In this document: one piece after another, positions 56,882 to 64,000 of the stretch
Layout of the letters: every line of letters begins with the position of its first letter
Position numbering within the stretch: the first letter of the stretch is position 1
From: Candidatus Latescibacterota bacterium
GTDB taxonomy: Bacteria > Latescibacterota > UBA2968 > UBA8231
NCBI GenBank assembly: GCA_965206595.1
Contig: OZ242214.1
Coordinates: 3,584,001 to 3,648,000, forward strand
Direction of reading: 5' to 3'
DNA: 64,000 bases
Notes under the pieces: model-generated
The model's input: the letters and a program-made list of their open reading frames with translations, nothing else
What the model was told of the DNA's origin: nothing
Database searches by the model: none
Translations under genes and position numbers: made by a program

Positions 56882-58481
56882 TCAGGGAGCCGGCTCCACC
56901 AGCCGCACCGTTCCATCGAGCGGAGGCTCGGCGATCACCTGCTCGACCCCGCTGGGCCAGCGGACCATCAGGGCACCAAGAGCTTCCACCCCTCCGAGTC
57001 CGAAGTGAGCGCGGTAGGGACTGGAGGATTGATAACCCACCCCTCCGTGGATCTCGCGAAACCTCCGTATCCCGGCCTCTCCCAGCCACAGCTTGGCCCC
57101 AACCGCGTCCCGGTTCGTCCTCCCCTCCAGCTCGACGTCGAGCCAATGGGCGGCGTTGCCCCCCTCGTTCCGCAGGATGGCTGGCCCCCCGTCCGGCGTC
57201 GAGCAAGGCGATGTCCGTGTCCCCGTCGGCGTCGTAGTCGGCAAAGGCAGCCCCGCGGCCCGCATAGGGAGTCGCGAAGGCCCGACCGAGCGATGCGGAG
57301 ACATCCCCGAAACGACCGCCCAGATTGCGCAGCAGTTGCGGGGTCTGCCGGTAGGTTACCAAGGCGTCGTACTGCTCGATGTTGTCGTGCACGTGTCCGT
57401 TGGCGACGAAGAGATCGAGCCAGCCGTCGTTGTCATAATCGAGGAAACCGGTTCCGAACCCGAGGTAGTTCAGGCTCACCTTCCCGAGCCCGGTGGCGAA
57501 GGAAACCTCGGCGTAGTACGACCCGTCGTTACGGTACAGGGCGTTGTGCTCCAGCTGGTAGTTGGTGACGAAGAGATCGAGGTCGCCGTCGTTGTCGTAA
57601 TCCCCGGCGTCGACGCCCATGCCCGCCTGCGCCTTGCCGTCGGCGCTCAGCGCCGTTCCCGTGAACAGGCCGACCTCGTCGAAGCGGCCTCCCTGGTTGC
57701 TGTACAGAAAATTGGGGGTCATGTCGTTGGCGACGTAGATGTCGGAGTCACCGTCGCCGTCGAAATCCCCGCTGACGGCTCCGAGGACGTTGCCGGGATC
57801 ATCCACTCCCGCCGCCGCGCTGCTGTCCGCGAAGCTGCCGGCGCCGTCGCTGACGAAATACCGATCCCTCGTCGGTGAGAACTGGCTGGGATCGCAGTAG
57901 AACCGCAGTTCCAAGTCGTGCCTCCCGCACCAGGGGTGGGCGGCGACGTCGAAGGCTACGTAGCTGATGACGTACAGGTCGAGATCGCCGTCGTTGTCTC
58001 CGTCGGCGAAGACAGCACTGCTCGACCACCCCGCGTACCCGACCCCGCTTGCCACGGTGACGTCGGTATATGCGGATCCGTCGTTTCGCAGCAGTTGGTC
58101 CGGCCCCCAGTTGGTCAGGTAGAGATCCTGGTCGCCGTCGTTGTCGTAGTCCGCGGCGGCGACCCCCATGCCGTAGGCGGACCCTGACAGCCCGGCTTCC
58201 CGGGAAACATCGAGGAAACGGGCGCCGTCGTTCCGGTAGAGCCGATTCCAGGAATCCCCCCTGCCTTCGACCAGATTGCCGCTGTTGACGAGGTAGAGGT
58301 CGAAATCGCCGTCCCCGTCGCTGTCGAACCAGGCGATGCCGGAGCCGTAGGTTTCCGGCAGGTATTTCTCGGGGCCTATCCCGTTGCGGTGGGTGAAGTC
58401 GATCCCCAGTTCCGCGGTTACGTCGGCGAACCGGACCGGCTCGGCGCTGACGGTCAGCGGCGCCGAAACCCAGGCCGACAC
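56882..58481 (-). CDS. CRTAC1/ASPIC-UnbV family FG-GAP repeat protein, one frameshift near 57190
   Basis: Repeated DYDNDGD.DL motifs, AGMGVDAGD, GRGAAFAD; C-terminal NRDAVGA..HFGLG..VRWPSG in a second frame. Confidence 0.8.
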
Positions 58482-58565
58482 CAGTAGAATCGCCCGGAAA
58501 GCGCGTCCCCCCCACTGGGGAGCTTGACCGTCCGGATGGAGTAGGTGCTACCTTTTGAAGTCCTC

Positions 58566-59537
58566 ATGAAATGGTTTCTGCAGACATTCCGGTTCGTCGC
58601 CCGCCCGCTGGCGGCCCTGGCGGTTGCGGCGACCTTGGCAGGATGCGATGCCACGGCTCCCGAATCTACGGGTGATTCCGGAACCGCGGCACTGCATGAG
58701 ATCCTGCACGAGGCCTCCAGGGCAGCCGAAAAGGGACAGTACGAGCAAGCAGAGGAGCGTTTTACCGCCGCCCTTGCCGAGGCCAACGGCTCCGACGCCG
58801 AGCCCCTGGTGCGGGTGCGGATCTTGCAGAGCCTTGCCCGCGTCAAGGCGGTCCAGGGCCGGGTCGAGGCTGCCGACAGCCTCCATCACCAAGCGCTCGC
58901 CTTGCTCGAAGAGGACCCGGACAATCTCGGGATTTCCGGAGAGGAGTTGCTCCAGGCCCTCGGTTCCCTCGGCAATCTCGCGCTCGCGCGCGGGGACCTC
59001 GACACCGCGGAATGGCGCTTCGGGCAGATTCTGCTGCGCGGCGCCGAAGGGGAGATCTCGCTGCAGCCCCACGACATCGCCCTACCCGCGACTCTCAGCG
59101 GCCTCGCCAAGGTCGCGCGGGCGCGCGGCAACGTGGAACGCGCCGACTCGCTGTCGAACCGCGGCATGGGACTCAAGCTCTTCTCCCAGGGGTTCGTAGC
59201 GTACACGCACAACGATCTCCAGCAGGCCGAGTCGATGTATCGCCGGGCGCTGTCGGTACAGGAAAAATCCCTGGGGCCGTTCCACCCCGACCTGGCGGCG
59301 ACGAGTTCGGCTCTCGGCCGGCTGCTCGCTTCACAGAGCCGGCACCCCAGCGCGGTGCCTTTTTTCGAACGCGCGGGGCGCATATACGAGGCCGTTCCCG
59401 ATGCCGAGTACGAGCTCGGAACCACCCTCGAAGCGCTGGCGGAGAGCCTGGCCGGCACATCCCGGGGGGCCGAGGCAGACAGCGTGGCCAAGCTGGGTGA
59501 AGAGACAATTGCCAGATATAGTGGAAATGGCGGCTGA
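58566..59537 (+). CDS. Tetratricopeptide-repeat lipoprotein
   Basis: Lipobox LAGC; TPR-like AESMYRRALSVQEKSLGPFHPDLA. Confidence 0.8.
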   Translation: MKWFLQTFRFVARPLAALAVAATLAGCDATAPESTGDSGTAALHEILHEASRAAEKGQYEQAEERFTAALAEANGSDAEPLVRVRILQSLARVKAVQGRVEAADSLHHQALALLEEDPDNLGISGEELLQALGSLGNLALARGDLDTAEWRFGQILLRGAEGEISLQPHDIALPATLSGLAKVARARGNVERADSLSNRGMGLKLFSQGFVAYTHNDLQQAESMYRRALSVQEKSLGPFHPDLAATSSALGRLLASQSRHPSAVPFFERAGRIYEAVPDAEYELGTTLEALAESLAGTSRGAEADSVAKLGEETIARYSGNGG

Positions 59538-59777
59538 ACCTGTCATAGGTGAACGGTTTTGATCCTGCGTACCGGGCCAAGTACCTTGGAATCCCGGATT
59601 TGGGAATCCGTGGTGATAGTCACACAACGGACCGATAAATCTGCCGCCGGGACAGGCCGCCATTTCAGATGAAAAGGAGCATGGAATGTCCTCTTCCAGG
59701 GGTTGCTTGCACCGAGGAGTTGAGGCATGGGTGATTCTCTCGTAAAAACCCTACGTCCCCAGAATGCCCGGTTTTTT

Positions 59778-59825
59778 ATACAACATATAGTGTATGCCTT
59801 GTCTTAGTTGGCCAATATATAGTGG
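59778..59825. promoter_or_regulatory. Tandem NrdR boxes
   Basis: ATACAACATATAGTGT (59778-59793) and GGCCAATATATAGTGG (59810-59825) match acaCwAtATaTwGtgt; starts are 32 bp apart. Confidence 0.75.
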
Positions 59826-59882
59826 CGCTCTAGTGTGCTGAATCGCTGAACATCCTGAAAATGGGGTTAATACGAAGGAGTC

Positions 59883-60761
59883 ATGGGTGCCAATGGGCAC
59901 ATAAGTGACGAGCGGCTCGTCGAGCTGCGCAGGACGGCGATCGCAATGCGCCGTCTGGTGGTCGAGTCGGTTCACCATGCCGGCGCCGGCCACCTCGGGG
60001 GGCCGATGTCGGCCGCGGAGATTCTTACTTCCCTGTATTTCGAGGTGCTCAACGTGCGCACCGATGCCCCGCAACATCCCGACCGCGACCGCTTCGTCAT
60101 GTCGAAGGGACACTCCTCGATCGGCCTCTACGCCGTTCTCGCCCTGCGGGGGTTCTTCCCGGTCGATGAACTGAAGACCTTCGACGCCGTCGACTCCCGG
60201 CTGCAGGGACATCCCGACATGTCCGTCCTCGACTCGCTGGACATGTCGACCGGATCGCTCGGCCAGGGACTCTCCCCCGGGGCCGGTATGGCCCTCGCCG
60301 CAAAGTTGAAGGGGAAGCCGTACCACATCTGGGTGCTGATCGGCGACGGCGATTCCCAGGAAGGCCAGATCTGGGAGGCCGCCTTCGTCGCCGAACGCTA
60401 CGGGCTCGACAACCTCACCGCCATCCTCGACTGGAACGGACTGCAGCAGTACGGATGGGCGACCGAAGGGGGATACGACGTGTTGCCGCGCAGGCCCGCC
60501 CAGGAAAACCCGCACGCCAAGTGGGAGGCGTTCGGCTGGGCTGTCACCGAGATCGACGGCCACGACTTTCGCGACATTCTGCGGGCGTGCGCCTGGGCAA
60601 AAGAAAACCGCGGGCGTCCGAGCCTGATCATTGCGCGCACCATCAAGGGCAAGGGGATCTCGTACATGGAGAACGATTTCAACTGGCACAGCAAGCCGGT
60701 CACGGACGAGGATCTGCGGCTGGCTCGCGAGGAACTGGCCGCCCAGGAGGCTGCCCTGTGA
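59883..60761 (+). CDS. Transketolase, N-terminal (TPP-binding) subunit
   Basis: GHLGG, RDRFVMSKGH, LQGHP, TGSLGQG, GDGD..EG..WEA, WH; RBS AAGGAG. Confidence 0.93.
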   Translation: MGANGHISDERLVELRRTAIAMRRLVVESVHHAGAGHLGGPMSAAEILTSLYFEVLNVRTDAPQHPDRDRFVMSKGHSSIGLYAVLALRGFFPVDELKTFDAVDSRLQGHPDMSVLDSLDMSTGSLGQGLSPGAGMALAAKLKGKPYHIWVLIGDGDSQEGQIWEAAFVAERYGLDNLTAILDWNGLQQYGWATEGGYDVLPRRPAQENPHAKWEAFGWAVTEIDGHDFRDILRACAWAKENRGRPSLIIARTIKGKGISYMENDFNWHSKPVTDEDLRLAREELAAQEAAL

Positions 60762-61744
60762 ACCTCACGGCAAGCGACCGGTTGCTTGCGCAGCGCGACG
60801 TTTTCGGCGACACCCTCATCGAGCTGATCGACGCCGATCCCGACGTATACGTCCTCGACGGCGACCTGGCCAACTCAACGAGGGCCGACAAGGTCTCCCG
60901 GGAGCGGCCGCGCCGCTTTCTCGAGATGGGCATCGCCGAGCAGAACATGATGGGAGTGGCCGCCGGCATGGCCACCTGTGGCCTGGTGCCGTGGTTGAGC
61001 AGCTTCGCCTGCTTTCTGGTCAATCGCGACCTCGACCAGCTGCGAGTCGTCGTCGCCCAGCCCTCCCTCAACGTCAAGATCGGCGCCGCCTACACCGGCC
61101 TTCTCACCGGAAAGACCGGCAAGACCCACCAGGAGGTTTCCGACATCGCCGTCATGCGGGCGATGCCGAACATGACCGTTCTCGCCCCGGCAGACGGCGT
61201 CGAGGTGAGACTCTGCATGCTGGCTGCCACCGCCTGGGAGGGTCCTGTGTACGTGCGCCTTACCCGCGATCCCGAACCGGTCATTTTCAATGACAGCCAC
61301 CGTTTCCGCATCGGCGAGACTTACGTAGTGCGCGACGGTGCGGACGTGACCATCATGGCCACGGGAGCGCAGACGGTGCGCGCCCTGGCCGCGGCCGACC
61401 TGCTTGCAGGCGACGGGGTATCGGCGCATGTCCTGCACGTGCCGACGCTCAAACCGCTCGACGTCGATGCCATCGTCGAGGCCGCGGGAAAAACCGGACG
61501 GGTGGTCACCGCCGAGGACCACTCGGTGATCGGCGGTCTCGGGGGCGCGGTTGCCGAGGCACTCGCAGAGCACCTGCCCACCCCGTTGAAACGGGTCGGC
61601 ATACCCGACTGTTTCGGGGAGTCGGCTGCCAACGAAGATCTGCTGCGCAAATACGGCCTCACGGATCGGCACGTGGCGGAGGCCGCCAAACAGATGCTTG
61701 ACCCGGGAGACGGATGGCGGCTCCGGCGACCGCAACCGGGTTGA
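60758..61744 (+). CDS. Transketolase, C-terminal subunit
   Basis: GTG start overlapping the upstream stop; GIAEQNMMGVAAG, THQ, GPVYVRL, EDHSVIGGLG. Confidence 0.92.
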   Translation: MNLTASDRLLAQRDVFGDTLIELIDADPDVYVLDGDLANSTRADKVSRERPRRFLEMGIAEQNMMGVAAGMATCGLVPWLSSFACFLVNRDLDQLRVVVAQPSLNVKIGAAYTGLLTGKTGKTHQEVSDIAVMRAMPNMTVLAPADGVEVRLCMLAATAWEGPVYVRLTRDPEPVIFNDSHRFRIGETYVVRDGADVTIMATGAQTVRALAAADLLAGDGVSAHVLHVPTLKPLDVDAIVEAAGKTGRVVTAEDHSVIGGLGGAVAEALAEHLPTPLKRVGIPDCFGESAANEDLLRKYGLTDRHVAEAAKQMLDPGDGWRLRRPQPG

Positions 61745-61811
61745 CCGACTGCCGAAAGCAGGTCATTTTTACCTGTGATGAAGCGGTCCGTAAACCTGAT
61801 GTCGATGACCG

Positions 61812-61844
61812 AAAGTGCACCCTTGAGTGCACTTTTCCTTTTTT
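61812..61844 (+). terminator. Terminator-like hairpin after the transketolase genes
   Basis: AAAGTGCAC-N6-GTGCACTTT followed by a T-rich tract. Confidence 0.5.
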
Positions 61845-61914
61845 GGGGCGACCTGCGTGACGGATCGTGGCGGGGGTACGACCTGTGAGCGGTGACGGAG
61901 AGACAGATTCGAAC

Positions 61915-62625
61915 ATGAGAGACAATCTGCTGCGGCTGTTGAAGATCCAGGACGTCGACGAGGAGCTGCGAACGCTAGAGGAAGCCAAGAGCAAGTACCC
62001 AGAGGAGATCACGCGGCGGAAAAACGACATCGAGGCAGCCCGCAAGGGGTTGGACGAGAAGAGCGCGCGTGTCGCCGAGCTGGAATCACAGCAGCGCCAA
62101 TACGAGCGGGATCTCGAGGTTGCCAGGGATCAGCTCAAGAAGCAGGAGGAGCGGTTCTCCGAAGTCACCAACAACAGGGAGTACGATGCCCTGCAGATGG
62201 AGATCGAAGCCTGTAAAACGAGGATCTCCGAATGCGAAACGCACATCCTGCAGGCGATCGAGGAGTCCGAGTTCCTTCGCGAACAGATCCTCCTCGAGGA
62301 GAAGGACGTCGAGCAGATCGTCGGCGAGCAGCAGGGGAGGATCGACGAACTCCAGGAAAAGCTCGACTCTTTGCAGGACGAGGTCGACGGCGTCTACTCC
62401 CGGCGCGAACATGAGACAAGCGGCCTTGATCAGAGTCTGTTGCAGAGCTACGAGCGCAGTCGCACCGCCCGTGGAGCGCGAATAACCGCGGTGCGCAAGG
62501 AATCGTGCGGCGCCTGCTTTCGCCAGTTGACGCCTCAGCAGAGAAGCAATGTCCGGCGTAGCGAGCGCGTCCTGCATTGCGAGAACTGCGGCGCGATTCT
62601 CGTCTGGGACGACCACAGCTCGTAG
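61915..62625 (+). CDS. Coiled-coil protein with C4 zinc ribbon (DUF164 family)
   Basis: LL.LQ..D start, NNREYDALQ.EIE, CGAC...CENCGAIL. Confidence 0.88.
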   Translation: MRDNLLRLLKIQDVDEELRTLEEAKSKYPEEITRRKNDIEAARKGLDEKSARVAELESQQRQYERDLEVARDQLKKQEERFSEVTNNREYDALQMEIEACKTRISECETHILQAIEESEFLREQILLEEKDVEQIVGEQQGRIDELQEKLDSLQDEVDGVYSRREHETSGLDQSLLQSYERSRTARGARITAVRKESCGACFRQLTPQQRSNVRRSERVLHCENCGAILVWDDHSS

Positions 62626-62721
62626 CCGGGATTCAGGCAGCGTGTGGCGTTGCTGACCGAGCCTCGGCATCACCGGGCGCCGGCAGGAATGGTACCCATC
62701 AGGTGATGCTGTTCCCAATTC

Positions 62722-63099
62722 GGCGGAGCGGCTCGGGCGATCGCGCCGCCCACCATCAGATCGCGGTGGGTGAGTGAGGAAAGTCCGAGCTCCACAGGAC
62801 AGGATGCTGGGTAACTCCCAGGGAGGGTGACCTCACAGAAAGTGCCACAGAAAAGATACCGCCCGCCCTTTTCGGCGGGTAAGGGTGAAATGGTGAGGTA
62901 AGAGCTCACCGCGTTTCCGGCGACGGAAACGGCACGGCAAACCTCTTCCGGAGCAAGGCCGAATAGGGGAGGAGAGGTGGTCCGCCTCGTTCGACTCCCG
63001 GGTAGGCCGCAAGGAGGTTGCGGGTAACCGCCGCCCAAGATGAATGATCGCCCCGCGCCTAAGGCGCGGACAGAACTCGGCTTACAGAGCCGCTCCGCC
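62722..63099 (+). ncRNA. rnpB: RNase P RNA, class A
   Basis: GAGGAAAGTCCGAGCTC, AGTGCCACAGAAA, GGTAAGAGC, GAGCAAG, ACAGAACTCGGCTTA; P1 GGCGGAGCGGCTC/GAGCCGCTCCGCC. Confidence 0.96.
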
Positions 63100-63156
63100 C
63101 TGCTTTTCCGTTACATGATCCCGTCATCCGGCAAGATATCCATACCGCAGGCGCCC

Positions 63157-64000
63157 TTGCGTAGCGGTCCGTGGCTCATGGTGCTCGCGCTCCTGGCGTC
63201 CGCCTCGAAAACCGGGGCCCAGGAGTTCGTCGAAACCGTGTCGGCGAGGTCGGAGGAGGGGATAATCGAGGGCAGCCTCGACTGGGCCAACGGCATCCTG
63301 ACCGTTTTCGGCGAGGGGGCAGCGCCGGCCGCTATCACCAACGCGGCCCAGCGCCGCCTGGCCGGCTTTACCGCTGCCAGGGAGAAGGCCTACCGCAACC
63401 TCGCCGAGATCGCCGGGGAAGTTCCCGTCGATTCCCGGACCAAGGTAAGCACGGTCGCACTTGCCGACGCGGATTTGAGCATGAAGCTGGAGGCGCTGAT
63501 AAAGGCTTCCCGAGTCGATCTCGGCAGCCGCCAGGAGCGGAACGGCCGCTACCGTCTGGCGCTGAAGCTCCACCTTCGCGGGCGGTTTTCGGACACCGTC
63601 CTGCCCGATTCCGGCCTGGCGCTACCGCACCCGGGGGAGCTTCCCGCGGCAGATTCCCTCTTCCTGTTCGCGCCCCCGGAGGACTGCACCGGGCTGGTGG
63701 TCGACGCCAGAGGCACCGGCCTGAAGCCATGTCTGGCTCCCCGGATAATCGACACTTCCGGACGCGTCATCTACAGTGCCGGGCACGCCGGCAGGTTTTG
63801 CGCCGTAAACGACGGTGTCGCCGGCTACGAAAGCGATCTCCAACGCGCCGCGACGAGCCCTCGCGTCGGCGGTGCCAGGGGCCGCCCGTTCTTCCTCGAG
63901 GCGGAGGGGGTCTCGGGGCCGTTCAGCGGGGACGTCCTGATCAGCCGCGACAACGGCACCCGCGTCCTGATGGCCGATGTCGAGGCCGGCTTTCTGTCGC
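63157..64000 (+). CDS. Exported protein (LPP20-like N-terminal domain), runs off window end
   Basis: Own translation: signal peptide, GSLDWANG..TVFGEG, AYRNLAE, TGLVVDARG..L.P.LAPRI; start TTG 63157 or ATG 63178. Confidence 0.6.
   Translation, partial: MRSGPWLMVLALLASASKTGAQEFVETVSARSEEGIIEGSLDWANGILTVFGEGAAPAAITNAAQRRLAGFTAAREKAYRNLAEIAGEVPVDSRTKVSTVALADADLSMKLEALIKASRVDLGSRQERNGRYRLALKLHLRGRFSDTVLPDSGLALPHPGELPAADSLFLFAPPEDCTGLVVDARGTGLKPCLAPRIIDTSGRVIYSAGHAGRFCAVNDGVAGYESDLQRAATSPRVGGARGRPFFLEAEGVSGPFSGDVLISRDNGTRVLMADVEAGFLS

Noticed and set aside
57200-58330. Recurring GTCGCCGTCGTTGTC-like repeats
   Set aside because: They encode FG-GAP DxDxDG loops; irregular spacing, not a CRISPR array.
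59838-59860. CTGAA three times upstream of transketolase, similar to the recA operator half-site
   Set aside because: Short direct repeats with no inverted partner; could be chance.

Overview
High-GC bacterial chromosomal segment with no prophage, integrase or CRISPR array visible. Housekeeping content: selB, tsaC, sppA, thpR, a double-length fused uvrA, dacA, hpt, recA, the rho-rpmE-DUF1385-prfA-prmC cluster, dnaG, three tRNAs (Val-GAC, Ile2-CAT, Val-CAC) and rnpB. Also present: carbohydrate oxidoreductases, two DUF2723 (TMEM260-like) glycosyltransferases and secreted Ig-domain, FG-GAP and TPR proteins. This repertoire suggests a Latescibacterota/Gemmatimonadota-like FCB-group organism, possibly host-associated (inference only). 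The most interesting signals are regulatory: (1) tandem NrdR boxes 32 bp apart in front of a split transketolase rather than a ribonucleotide reductase; (2) a sigma54 promoter with IHF-like and activator-like sites driving a sigma70-family gene; (3) an 18-bp palindromic operator filling the recA promoter spacer (candidate SOS box); (4) a long rho leader with a rut-like tract, next to an unexplained multi-stem element; (5) a recurring TTGAC(A/C)-N17-TAGCTT promoter. Frameshifts, an ISL3 remnant and a deletion-fused ABC operon cluster in two tRNA-adjacent patches. All family calls are from motif recognition by eye; no searches were run.
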